64,000 nt of DNA from the human T2T-CHM13v2.0 reference genome, Homo sapiens: assembly GCF_009914755.1 (NCBI RefSeq), contig NC_060932.1. One strand, 5' to 3'. Shown in pieces: positions 50,352 to 64,000 of this stretch. Made by a program: the position numbers and the translations under genes. The notes below the pieces were generated by a model. It searched no databases and had not been told where the DNA came from. It saw nothing but the letters and a program-made list of their open reading frames with translations. Within the stretch, counting starts at the first letter, position 1. Every line of letters starts with the position of its first letter.

Positions 50352-52308
50352 CAAGTTTTCCTGCTGAAACTTGTCTTTCCTTCTTGCTTCCTTTGGCCGT
50401 TATCTCCTTCCTTAAACATTTATTGGCTCCACTTTCTCTCTTCTTTTTTATATTGATTCTTACAAGAATCTGAGATATGCCATTATTTTGATATGGATAT
50501 TTTAGATGAAAAAACTGTTCTTGTTGGGGGCTTGTGACTTTTGCATCTTGTCATTGATTGACATTAAGATTTATTAGGGCTTTAGCAACAAGCTTACCCT
50601 TTAGGTTTCTTTATTAATACTAAGAAGGTCTTAACTATAATCTTATCTGGGGTATTATGCTATGTAAAGCCCAGAACACAGAGCAATTTAATAGGACCCA
50701 TTGCCGCAATATGAGCATAATTACGTTCACAGAGGCACTTCAACATGACCTAGTAGGGATAGAAGTTGGATTGAGAATTATAGCCCAACTCTTCTTGCTC
50801 TTAGTTACTCATTCAAGAAGTATTTATTGAAAAGATAGCCCTATGTGGCCATATCTTAGAGCAAGTCCTTATGTACACATAAGAATCACGTAGAAACTGT
50901 CAAATCTCCTAGACTAGATCCATGGGATATGCAAAAATGCAAAGACCACATCATATCATCTCCTACCATTGTCAAACGAGAAGATGACATGAAATTCAAA
51001 ATATCAGTACTCTTCGTGTCAAGCCTATCTGAATGAATTTGGGGGGGATATAAAAAATTAGTTTAACCAAGTAGAAAACACAGGGAAAATCCAGAATTCT
51101 TTATATATTGTGAAATTACATTGTCATTCAAGAGTAATGAAGAGATCAATATTGTGATTATGGGTCTGAGGATCCATGTGCCTACCGAAAGGCAAAAATG
51201 CTGAAGAGACTTTAATCTCTGAATGTGAAGAAAGTTTAGACTCAAGAATATGGATATACAAAGATAGCAGTTATATTTATATGAATTAATATTTGCATTT
51301 ACTGATCTCAAATATATGTCTATGTTTAGTATTTATTATCGCTAAAAACTTATAATTTTAATAGAGGGTGCATTGAAGAAATAAAAACAGATGTACTCTC
51401 TGAGGATACAGCTGTGACAAAGGTCTACTATACTCTTGCTCGTGGAGTTAATCTCAGAGGATACAAGAGAGTAAAGGTTTTCCTTCAATAGCCCATATTT
51501 TATTGGCTTAATAGGTAAGAAAAACATAAGGAAATGCAATTTGGTAGAACAGGCTACAGAATATATAAACGAAGCTGTCCAGTAAGTTCTCTTGTTTCTC
51601 TGAGCCTCAGTTTCCTCATCTGTAAAAATAAAGGCATTGATTTACCTACTCTTTAAGCTTACTTACAGTTCTGCAGTCTAAGACTGTATTGGATATGTGT
51701 ATTAATAAAATACACAAGCACATATAAATGAAAAGAGAAGTATAAGATGATATTGTTACCCTTTGTGTGGTCAAAGGAGCAGAAGGTGGACAGTCGCTGA
51801 AAAATGTTTATGGAGAATCCAGTGCTGATGATCCACATCACCTTCCTCATTTTAGGAAAGGAGAGCTTGGAGGAGAAGCAGAAGGCTCAGAGATGGTTAG
51901 AATATTTGGCCAAAAGCTGACAGGTTGATATGGAGAGAGCATCATGGGCAAAATCAAAAATGGGTGAGAATTCTCAATGTATTTAGGGAATGGGTGAGTA
52001 AAAGAAAAAGTACAAAGAAAAAGTCAGGGGGAGGATGAAGCTAGAAAACTGATTATGAGAAAGTTGCAGCAGTCTTATATGTTTTGATAAGTATTTTTAA
52101 TTTATCTTAGTAGACAATGGGTAAACATTAACAGTTTAAGCAAAAAGTTAAGGTAGTAAAAGATAACTCTGGTAAAGGAAGGATGGTTAGATTTGAATTT
52201 ATTATCTAAGTCAGGGTTTCCATAATAGTATGCTCAAACCTGGTCCACTGTAATAAAGTAAAAATATATTAGAACTAATATTTGTTTTAATGCTTTATTT
52301 TTTACTTA

Positions 52309-52600
<292 letters not shown>

Positions 52601-52949
52601 GAAATTAGCCTTTGTAATATTGCCTATACAGATTAGGCATAATATATATGCATCATTTATAAATTAACAGACATATATTGCTGTGTACTCTGTTTTTTTA
52701 AATTGAGGGTCATGAGAAAATTAAGTTTGGAGATAGGATTGGTCTAGATAGGTGATCTTTACCTTGAGATCATTGACCCATTTTGGAATGTGATAATATC
52801 TATGGATCTTTTGTCAAAATATTTCACATTTTATGTACTTTTATTTGTTTGAAATATAAATTAAAAGGAGAAAAAGACATATTTAATATTTTAAGTACAA
52901 TTTTAGCTGGTTTATAAAACATCTGAAGCCAAAATAATGAGAGTTTGAT

Positions 52950-54300
52950 CTGTGGTTAAGGAAGTTTGGGGTGGAGAAAATAGAAAAATTAAAGAAATAT
53001 TTATACAGTCAGCAGAGATTTGTTAATAAATTGGGTTTTGTGAGTGGCGAAAAGAAGTAGCTGTGGTTAAATCTCAAATTTCTCCTTTGAGCTTATGTAG
53101 AGACAGATGGTGATATTACATTAGATAGAAAAGAGAAGCATGTTTTGGGGGTATATGAGTTGGGTTTGGGATATTTTGAGTTTGTGAAATTGAAGAATAC
53201 CAGTGGGAGTGAAAAGATCTGGGATTTAGGAAAACAGTGAATTTGGAGCTATATATTTGAAAATGAATTGCACATATATGATAAAATCATGGACAAAGAT
53301 GAGATCCCCCACAAACAAAAATAAAATGCCCCAAGAGCATGCAAAATGTGAGAAATGATGAGGGTTGTAGTAAAGAACCTTAGTAAAAACCACACTTAAC
53401 GGGAAGTCAAGTAGGAGGACCGAGAGTAAAAGACAGAGACAATGCAGGGAAGGAAGAAGAGAACTAGAGTAATAACATCATAAATGAGTCAGTAGAGTAG
53501 ACCATCTGACAATACAAGGCCAGCATGTTCAAATGCATAGACATCAATTAGGAAGAAGCTATTAGGTTTAAGGATCCTAAAAAGAACATTCTCAAAACTT
53601 TAAAAGTCCATTTGTTATGACTAAAGAATAAAAAAGTAAACAGAAAATGTAGTTTATGTTTTAAGAAGATGGATGGTAAAGGAAAGAAATACATTAGGTT
53701 AGCACCTAGACAGAGAGGAAGAATCAGGTAATGTTTGTCTGTCTGCATTAAATAATTGAGCACGTTATCCATGAGCTTTTAACTGTGAATCTCTGGATAC
53801 ATGACTCTTATTGATGGTACCTTCTCTTCACTCCCACAGCTTTATTTGATTAATGATGCTTATTCTTCGGGTCTTAGCTAAATAGTTCATTCTTTCTAGG
53901 ACGCCTTACCTGACTTCTTGAAATGGGTTAGAACTCTAGAATCTCTTTGGTATTCACCTGTAGCTCCCTCCAGCTTGTCTTCCATGGAATTCATTATACT
54001 GGCCCATAGTAAGTTTTCAGTAAATGATAGCTATTACATTGAGTCATAGGTGTCCTTGAGACTTCTAAGCAGAGCTGTCAAATACGTAGTTGGATTTATA
54101 ATCTTGGACCTCAGGAAAAAATGGCTAGTTGGAGATAAAATTTGTGGGAGACAGACAAAAAGGGACAATTGGAGTCACTGGTTTTAGTAAGATCCCTAAG
54201 GAGACAGTGGGATATAAGGAAGCCTAGGATTGAGCCTTGGCCTACAGAATTAAGTAGCCCTGTAATTGAAGATGACTGTGCAAAGGAAGGGAGAAGCCAG
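52950..54300. mobile_element. Several L2 relics in both orientations
   Basis: GGATATTTTGAGTTTG.., GTTCAAATGC.., GCCTTACCTGAC.., GGAGATAAAATTTGTGGGAG..GGATTGAGCCTTGG. Confidence 0.6.
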
Positions 54301-54304
54301 TGAG

Positions 54305-57300
54305 TTCCAATTCCCACTTGTTTATTTTTGTTTCTGTTGCCTGTGCTTTTGGTGTCATATCCAAGAAATCATGGCCAAGACCAATGTTATGAAGCCCCCT
54401 CCACTGCCAATCTTCTCTTGTAGGAATTTTATAGTTTCAGGTCTTATGTTTTAAGTCTTTAATCCATTTTGAGTTGATTTTTGTGTATGGTGTAAATTAA
54501 GAGTTCAATTTTATTATTTTGCATGTAGACCGCTGTTTCCCTACCACAATATGTTGAAGAGACTATCCTTTTCCCATTGTGTATTCTTAATATCTTGTCA
54601 AAGAGCAGTGGACTTTATATGCATGCATTTATTTCTAGACATTTCTCTGTTCTGTTCCATTGGTCTATATGCCTGTATTTATGCCAGTATCATACATTTT
54701 TGATTACTAGAACTTTGTAATATGTTTTGAAGTCAGGAAGTGAGTTGCCTTCAGCTTTGTTTTTCTTTTGCTTGATTCTTTTGGCTATTTGGGGTCCTTT
54801 GTGATTCCACATGCGTTTTGTGATTGTTTTTTTCTGTTTCTGAAAAAGATAACATTGGGATGTGAATAGAAATTGCATTGAATCTGTAGATGGCTTTGGG
54901 TAAAATGGATACTTTAACAAAATTTAGTCTCCCAATCCATGAACATGGATTGCCTCCCTATCTTTCTCTTAATATCTTTCAACGCTACATAGTAGCTTTT
55001 AGTGTACAAATCTTTCACCTTGTCTTAGTCTGTTTTGCATTGCTATTACAGAATATCTGAGACTGGGTAATTTATAAAGAAAAGTTTATTTAGCTCATGG
55101 TTCTGTAGTCTATGAAGTTGAAGGGCACTAGCTTCTGGTGAGTGCTTTTATGCTGCATAATAACATGATGTAAGGTTAAAGGGGAAGCAGGTTTGTGTGA
55201 AAAGGGACCAAACACAAGGGAAAACCTTGCCTTATAGCAACTTACTCTTGCAAGAACTCTTTTATTACCACAAGAGTGAGAACTCACTCATTCCTGCAAG
55301 ATGGCATTTAATTTATTCATAAAGGATCCACCTCCATGACCCAAATATCTCTCACTAGGCTCCATCTCCCAACACTGCCACATGCAATTAATTTTCAACA
55401 TGAGTTCTGGCAGGGACAAATCACATTAGAATTACGGCACACATCCTGGTTAAGTTGATTCCTAAGCTGTTTTTTTTTTTTTTTTTGATGCTATTATAAA
55501 TGAAATTGTCTTCTTAATTTTCTTCTTGGATTATGTTATAAATTCATAGTAATTCAACTGGTTTTGTGTGTCAATTTTGTATTCTGTAAATTTGCTGAAT
55601 TTATTTACTTTTAAAAGGTTTTTGTGGTAGTTTCAGGGTTTTCTACGTATAAAATGATACCTGCAAAAAGTCATCATTTTACTTCTTCCTTTCAGAGTTG
55701 ATGGCTTGCATTTCTTTTTCCTGCCTAATTGCTGTAGGATTTCCAGTGCTATGTTGAAAAGCTTTTAAATTGTGCACATTGCATATGTTAGCTGTGAACT
55801 CTTCAATATGGCCTTTATTATGTTGAGGCAATTTCCTTCTATTCCTAATTTTTTGAGGTTTTTATTATAAAAGAGTGTTGAATTTTGCCAAAGGGTCTTT
55901 CTGCATCTATTAAGAGGATCATGTTATTTTTATCCTTCATTCTGTTAATATGATTTATCACTTTGATTGTTTTTGGTACTCTGAGCCATCCCTGAACCTT
56001 AGGGATAAATCCCACTTGGCGATGGTGTATAATCCTTTTAATATCCTGTTGAATTCAGTTTATTGCCTTTTGCTGAGGGTTTTTTCATCCATATTTATTA
56101 GGAATATTGGCCTGTAGTTTTATTTTCTTGTAGTGTCTCTGTCTGGTCCTGGTATGGGGAAAATGCTAGCTTTATAAAATGAGTTTGGAAGTGTTTTCTC
56201 TTCTTCAGGGTTTTGGACGAGTGTGAGAGGATTGGTGTTAATTCTTTTTGAGTGTTTGGTGGAATTCACCAGTGAAGCCTCCTGGTCCTGGGCTTTTTGT
56301 TACTGTTGTTGTTGGGAAGGTTTTGAATACTGATTCATTCTCATTACTAGTTATAGGTCTGTCCAAATTTTCTATTTCTTCAAAATTCAATTTTATATGT
56401 TTCTAGGAATTTATCTATTTCTTCTGTTATCCAATTTGTGGGTGTATAATTCTTCATAGTAGTTTCTTACAATTCTTTATATTTCTATGTAACATCCCAC
56501 TTTCATTACTGACTTTATTGATTTGAGTCTTCTTTTTTTCTTAGCTAGTATAGGTAAAGTTTTGTCAATTTTATTGTTCTTTTAAACAAACTATTCATTT
56601 CATTATTTTTTTCTGCTTTTTTTTTTCATACCCTATTTCACCTATTTCATCTGCTTTAGACTTTACTATTTCTTTCCTTCTGCTAACTTTGGACTTAGTT
56701 TGTTCCCTTTCTAGTTCCTCAAGGTGAAAATTATGTTGGTTATTTAATATTTTTCTTTATTGATGTAGGCATTTACCACTATAAACCTCCCTCTTAGTAC
56801 TGCTTTTGTTGCATCCCATATGTTTGATATGTTGTGTTTTAATTTTCATTCATCTCAAGATACTTTCTAATTTACCTTTTGGTTTCTTTTTTGATCTATT
56901 GGCTGTTCAAGAGTGTGTTTAATTTTCACATATTTGTGACTTTTCCAATTTTCTGTCTGTTATTGATTTCTAGTTTATTTTCACTGTAGTCAGAAAAGAT
57001 AACTTGTATGATTTCAATCTTCCTAGATTTTTAAAGATTTGTTCTGTGGCCTAAATTGTGATCTACAATGGAGACTGATCCATGAGCGCTTGAGAAGAGT
57101 TTGTATTCTGCTGTTGTTAGATGATATATTCTATTTTTGTCTGCTAGGTCCCTTTCATCTAGAGCATTGTTCAAGTCCTGTTTCCTTACTGATCATCTGT
57201 CTGGATGTTCTTTCCATTATTGAAGCTGAAGTTAAAATCTCCTATTATTAATTGTAATTTATTTCTCCCTTCAGTTCTATTAATGTTTGCTTCATATATT

Positions 57301-59525
57301 TGAGTGGTCTGATGTTGGCTGCATGTGTACTTAGAATTTTTATATCTTCCTTGTGAATTGAACCACTTACTATAATATAATGTCGATATGTCTGTTGTGA
57401 CAGTTTTTGATTTACAGTCTATTTTTTTCTGCTATAAGTATGGCCTTTTTAACCTTTTTTGGTTACAATTTTCATGGAATATTTTTTCCATCTCTTTACT
57501 TCAGCATATATATGTCTATAAATCTAAAGCAAGTTTCTTGCAGACAGCATATGGTTGAATCATATTTAAAATCCATTCAGCCTTTATATGTCTTTTAATT
57601 GGACAATTTTATCCATTTACATTTAAAGTAATTACTGATGGAGTGGATTATTATTAGATTTTGTTAATTGTTTTATGTCTGTCTCTTAGTTTTGTTGTCC
57701 TTCTCCTCTCTTGCTATCTTCCTTTGTATTTTATTTATTTGTCATAATTATGTGCTTTATCTTTTCCTTTTCTTTTTGTATCTTCTATAGGTATTGTCTT
57801 CATGGTTATCATAGGGCTTACATAAAATGTCTTATAATTATAACCATGTATTCTAAGGTGATAACAACTTTAGTTATATGCACAAGCTCTGTACTTTGAA
57901 TTTTCCCATTCTGGAACACTTTATGTTATTGATGTCACAAATTACAACTTTGTATATTTTATATCCATTTTACATATTTTATATGCTATAGTTTTTTATA
58001 CTTATTTTTAACTTCTATACCAAATGATTTATGCACTATTACTGTATGAGTATTCTGTGTCTGTCTATGTATTTACTTTTACCAGCTAGTTTTATACTTT
58101 TAGATACTTTTGTGTTTCTGTCTAGCATCTTTTAGTTTCAGCTTGAAGGATTCCATTTAGCATTTCTTGGAAGGCAAGTCTGATGGCGGTGACATTTCTC
58201 AGCATTTCTTTATCTGAGAAAGTTTTTATTTTCCCTTATTTTTGAAGCATAATATTGCTGGCTATAAAATTCTTGGTTGACAGTTTTTTTTTTATTTTAG
58301 CACTTTGAATTCATCACCCATACCTCTGTTTCTTTAGGGTTATTTTTGGAAATTTATTTTATTCATTTGAATGGGCTATGTCTTCTGTTTCTTCCTGTGC
58401 CTCATGACTTTGTGTTGCAATCCACACACTTTAAAAAACAGCCTCCTCTCCCAGTCTTTATGGAGTGGCTTCATACAGGAAAAGACGTTTACTAATCACC
58501 CTGGCTGGAGATTATGACAACTTCTCAATTTTTTTCTTTTTCTTTTTTTTTTTTTTTTTTTCCTGTGGATGCGTCTTCCCTGGATTGTGCAAGTAAATTC
58601 CTGATTTCAGGGATCTGCTGGTGCCCCTTAATGGAATTTCTAAAATCTTATTCCCTCTGGTGTCTGTCTATGGTACCGCGGTTATGTGGAGCTGTTGCAA
58701 ATTCTTTTGTTTGCTTTCAGTGTCCCCCAGGCTTCTAAAATATACTAGATCTCATCAGTGATACACATTGGGTGAGACAGAAAACAGTTTCTTGGGTAGT
58801 TATCCTAAAAGCTGGAATGTTGGATCTGTACTCCACTCCCCTGTCCAATGGAAAGGGCCATTAAGTTGCTTTAACTTCTGTCTGTTGTACTACACATCCT
58901 CTGGAACAGCAAATCATCTAGGTTTCTTTTGTTCTTGGTGGCTTCCAAGCATCTACAGTATGCCATGTCCCATCAGCACTCTGAGATAGATGAGACAGAA
59001 ATAAGTTCCTTGGACAGGCCCCTTGAAAAACTGGAATGTGGGATGTACACTCCAACTCTTTCCTGCCCCAGGGAGAAGCCAGGTTTGGGGATGTTCTCCT
59101 GACTATTCCACACCGAGCTGGTGAAAGGGACTATGGCAAACGAGTGCATACTAGCCCAGTCTGTTGCCTTTGTTATCAGTATCGTCAACCCTATGCCCTT
59201 TCCTGCTAGCTCTTAGATTTAAGCAAGATAGAGCCAATCCCTTGGGCAGTGCCTCAACTGCAAAGTATGAACACTGGATGTATGGTCTGGTCTTCATTTT
59301 TCTCCCCAGGAAGAAGTTAACACCTGGGAGTTTTCTCCCATATCAGTGCACTGTGGCAGGGGTAGGGACTATTATGAGTACCATGAATTTTTCTACCAGT
59401 GTTGATGTGGCTGGATTGGCATTTGCCTGGGGTTCAGAAGCCTCTTAACAGGTTTCTGGATTTTTCTCAGAGGGAATCAGTCTGTGTATTTTTCAGTGTA
59501 TTTGCAGAGGATCTTGGGTTTCCTA
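54305..59525 (-). mobile_element. Long L1M (L1MB-age) fragment: ORF2 through 5' region, 3'UTR absent
   Basis: Continuous antisense ORF2 DNA; translation [28 protein letters not shown]; extends into ORF1/5'UTR-like sequence. Confidence 0.9.
55021..55439 (-). mobile_element. MST-family MaLR solo LTR inserted in L1
   Basis: TGTCTTAGTCTGTTTTGCATTGCTAT..GAGACTGGGTAATTTATAAAG..TTTCAACATGAGTT; 5-bp TSD CACCT/CACAT. Confidence 0.88.
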
Positions 59526-61148
59526 TTCCACATTGCTGATATCACCCCTTATTTTACTATTTATATTTGGAAAATTTTAGCAATCACTTTTTAGGAAGCA
59601 TATGATTAATATTTGGTATCACTTAAAAACTTAAAATAAAAAAAATTTTAAACTGCATTAATTATTTTAATATGTTTTAGTTTTTTTAAAGTACTTTAAT
59701 TATCAGACAAATATTCCCAAATGCTTAAGATTTTCTAATGTAATACATTAAGCTTTTTCTAAACATTAATTTTCCCTAAAGTCTTAAAACTTTTATTTTG
59801 TATATTATAACTTTATGAGATTTTAAAACTTAAACATCAATTATTTAATAATACATTGTAAATTTGGAATCATAAGACTGATTAGCCAAATTCATTTTAT
59901 ATTGCATTTAAATATCAAATGCCTATCTTTTAGGACCACAAACTCATAATTCTACTTACAATTAAAAAATGGAAAGTGATTATGTACAACTTTTTAAGCA
60001 CTTGTTATCAGATATTTTCTCAGGTATCTTGCCCCCTACCCACCCAAATTGTAACTTGTTCCTTTATGGAACTGCACTTAATCTAGTATGACTTGGCTTT
60101 AGTGAAATGTGATGTTTTCTGTTGATCAGAAATTGGTTGCCCATATCTTGAGACTGGATTTTCTCTTAGTCATGTTTTACACTTTGTGGCCTGAAAAGCA
60201 AGCTCCTTTGATTTCAGATTCTCAGGCTTCTTTTCTGCTGTCAGCCAGCAGCAGGGACTTCCAGTCCCTCCCGAAGGGGATCTTGCTCTTGTAACTGGCA
60301 ACAGTATCCCTGAACTTGATCTCTTTCATGGGATGTCAGTGGAATGGCTTAGGTGGTTTTGATGTTTTCAAGAGTAATATTCATCATCTTTCTGGCTCTT
60401 CTGGCACTGAAGAGTTTTGAGAGTGGCCACTCTCCCCTTCTGCCCCTTCAGTGGCAGATGGACTTCAACTCCTCCAGATTGAAGCAGGCGGAAACATATC
60501 TTCAGCATACTTTACACATCTCTCCAATGTCGTTTTGAAAATCTTAGCTTACCGTAAAGCTGTGCATGCAGTCGCATTATTTTCTTTAATATTTCTTTTT
60601 CTTTCTTTTTAGAGTTCTTTCTACCATTTTCACAAAGTTTGGTTGACATTTGTTTCAGATTTGCAATATTCTGTATACTCTCATATCATTAACCAATAAT
60701 TATTTGTTATAAATTAATATAAAATGCATATTTTAATTTTTGTTTCCTTTTCATGCTGGTATATACAATAGACTTTAAGGCACCTTAGGAATATACCTGG
60801 TAGATGTGACTTTAGCAGGATTAGACCTTGATCCTTCCCCTCCACAGTAATTATATCATTGTTAAATTTTGTTTCTCTAAAAATTCCTCTGGAATCATTA
60901 TCTGCAGCTTCCATATTTACAAAACCAGAGTCTTACATAAATAAAAAAATCCTCCTTTATCTCTTATGTGAGATTTTCTAAATGCAGTTAATTTTTTCTC
61001 ATTTGTTAAACAATCTTCATGTATTATTTATTCTCCTTAGCACATAAAATGCTAGTAGGTAGTTAGAAAAGCAATATAATATTAGAAAAACAATTTAGGC
61101 TAATTCATTTTTTAGTATATGTAAGATTGCAACAAAAAAGATGTTTTA

Positions 61149-61442
61149 GGCTGAGCACGGTGGCTCACACCTGTAATCCCAGCCGTTTGGGAGGCCAAGG
61201 TGGATGGATCACTTGAGCCCAGGAGTTTGAGACCAGTATGAGCAATGCGGCAAAACCCCATTTCTACAAAAAATAAAAAAATCAGACAGGCATGGTGACA
61301 CACCTGTAGCCTCAGCTACTTGAGAGGCTGAGGTGGGAGGTCTCTTGAGCCTAGAAGGTTGAGGCTGCTGTGAGCTGTGATCATGCCACACTGCACTCCA
61401 GCCTAGGTGACAGAGTGAGATCCTGTGTCAAAAAGAAAAAAA
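61149..61442 (+). mobile_element. AluJ-type element
   Basis: Full dimer with J diagnostics (TTGAGCCCAGGAGTTT, GAGGCTGC); TSD AAAAAAGATGTTT. Confidence 0.95.
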
Positions 61443-62891
61443 GATGTTTCAGAACAGTGCCTGGCTAATGGCCATGTATTCTAAAATAAGTACTGTAAGG
61501 CATTTATAAGAAGGAGATATGGTATCAGGGTGAACTTGACATGTCTGGCCTTAAGAAGGAAGCAAGAGTAAAGCCAGTGGAAGGAAAGTGAGATGCAGAG
61601 AAGCAGAGTAACAAGGAATCTGAACAAAGACTTGAAGATCTGAAAGCATAAGGTGAGATTTGGAGAAAGCTGACCTATTTGGCTAGACTGGAGCATTTGA
61701 AGTGGGTTGATGTAACATATAAACCTGTATGAGTTCAGGTGCAAGAGGAACAGAATCCCAGAGATGGTTGAAGTATTGATGCTTAGAGTACTGAAGCCTG
61801 AATGACACTGATCCCTGTGAAAGGAAAGTTTGGTATGTAGAGAGACCATGTGGATAAAGAACAGCTTTGGCTCTGTAATATTTAACATCACCTGGTGTTA
61901 AGCCATTTTGTTTGAGATCACTTACAAACTGGAAACAAGACAGACTAGATGAAAGAGACTGTTCAGGGGTTTATCTGTGAACGTACTGTCTACAGCCATT
62001 TTAATACACTCATTATGTTTTGCTAGTATAAATTTTTTAAAAAAATTGTTGATATTCCTTCTCATCCTCATACTGCTTTGCTGCCCACCTGGAAGGTTAT
62101 GGTGTTTATACAAAAAGGGCTTGCGTCATGCTCAGCATCTCAAGAGCCAAAGATGGATCTTACATTAAATCTGAGTTTGGCTTGCATGGAGAGATGAAGA
62201 GATGTTCTCGTCCAAGTTTGGCAGCTGCTTAGATGTTGAGGTCCCAATGTTTCAAACGCAGCTCAAAACCCTTTAGTGTTTTGAGTTTGGCTCTTGGCAA
62301 GGCATGATTTCCTGTTTCTAAGAAAAAAGACACATGAGAGAGCCTTAATAAAGCTTCTTGGACATCAAAACAACATTTTGATGAATTAATTGTAAATGAA
62401 TCAGAAACATATGGATGCATTCTCTTGAGACACACACATGTTTAAAAAGAGGGGGAAGGGTTGTTGCTCAGGGCTAAATATGTTTTGGGTTTTATCAAAT
62501 GAAGAATGCTTAGGGGAAAAAAAAGTAAAAAGGATGAATTGGAACTCCTGCTTTCTCTTTAAATAGACAAACCATTTACAATCTTTTTTGCTGCCACCTA
62601 TTGCTGTTTCTGAAGAAATTCAACAGTGATGACAAATCACAACCAGCCAGGCCTCACAGTTTATATCAGTGTATTAGTCATAGAGGCTTGAAACCCAGGG
62701 CAAGGCTTTGGGAGTTTAGGAGAGAATCGGTTTTGTTTTCATGTTATTAACAGAGTTCATGTCAGACTGTCTGATAAGGATTGTTTTCTCTTACAAATCA
62801 CTTGTAAATCTACTAATCTTTTATCGAATACTTCTTTCTCCTCTTAAACGTCCTCTGAAATACAGAATGGTTTTCTGAAAATTCTATTTTC

Positions 62892-63616
62892 AAAACAAAT
62901 GGAACCACAATAAGATATTACTTCACTTGCACTAGGATGACTATTATCTAATAAACATAAAATGACAATTGTTTAAAAGGATGTGGAGAAATTGGAACCC
63001 TTCTGTACTGTTGGTGGCAGTGTAAAATGGTGCGGCCACTATGGAAAATAGTACCATATGATCCAGCCATCTCACTTCTGGGTATATACACAAAATAATT
63101 GAAAGCAGGGACTTGAAATGTGCACACCCATGTTTGTAGCATTATTCTCTACAATAGCCAAAAGGTGGAAACAAACCAGGTATCCACCAACAGATGAATG
63201 GATGAACAAAATGTAGTTTATACACACAATGGAATATTATTCAGCCTTAAAAAGAAATGAAACTTTGACACATGGTACAACATGGATGAACCTTGAGGAC
63301 ATTACGCTAAGTGAAATGAGCCAGTTCAAAAAGACAAATACTGTATGATTCTATTTCTGTGAGGCACAGAGAGTAGTCAAATTTATAGAAACAGAAAGTA
63401 AAATGGTGGTTCCCCAGGGGCTGGCGTGGGGAGGGGGTAATGAGGAATTATTGTTTAATGGGTACAGGGTTTTGGTTCTGCAATATGACAAGCATTCTAG
63501 AGATCTGTTGCACAACAATGTGAATGAGCTTAACATTACTGAACTGCAAATTTAAAAAATAAGATGGCAAATTGTGTGTTACAGTTCTTGACCACAACAA
63601 AATTAAAAAAAAAAAA
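62892..63616 (+). mobile_element. L1MB-like 3' end
   Basis: AAGGATGTGGAGAAATTGGAACCC..CATGGATGAACCTTGAGGACATTACGCTAAGTGAAA..poly-A tail. Confidence 0.9.
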
Positions 63617-64000
63617 ACTACTAAGGAAACTTTATTTGAATATTGTTGGACAGAGTAGTCTCCAGAATATGTGACTCCTGCAATCTCAGGAATTTTGTCT
63701 TATGGGTCTATGGAGTCTTATTTCTGGGCTAGAAGAATTTGGTTTTACCTGTGAGTAGATGAATACACATGTGGGCACACACATACACGTACAAACACGT
63801 ATCTCCTGCCCCAATCCCCTCATACTACAAGTTCTGTGACATTTCCCAGTACATTCCACTGGCCCCAAAGACTGTGCTTAGTGTCAACTTTAATGAACCA
63901 TCACCTGGAAATTGACTGTGTGCTTGGAGGAAGGAGCACATTTTGATTTGCCAAGTTCTATTCATTTGAGTGTATTCCTATTTCTGCTCATTATCATGGA

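Overview
Primate (human-like) AT-rich, CpG-poor genomic DNA. Roughly half is recognisable interspersed repeat: about 9 Alus, several L1 fragments of different ages (two with twin-priming 5' inversions), L2/MIR relics, MaLR/ERVL LTRs, and DNA transposons including a near full-length Tigger4 (Zombi) carrying three Alus. There is no long intact ORF; the longer, protein-like ORF-track hits are repeat-derived or chance. The main non-repeat signal is a chain of small + strand exon candidates in unique DNA (7434-7522, 14115-14165, 19654-19833, 30610-30638, 39440-39501, 48225-48299, possible last exon from 50220). They have canonical AG/GT ends and splice phases that join into one reading frame interrupted by only two stops, which suggests a decayed (unitary) gene or a lncRNA with an ~89-aa spliced ORF. 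I cannot name the gene. There are also several near-perfect hairpins and candidate enhancer motif clusters. Repeat subfamily names come from recalled consensus similarity, and repeat boundaries are approximate unless TSD/TIR positions are given.
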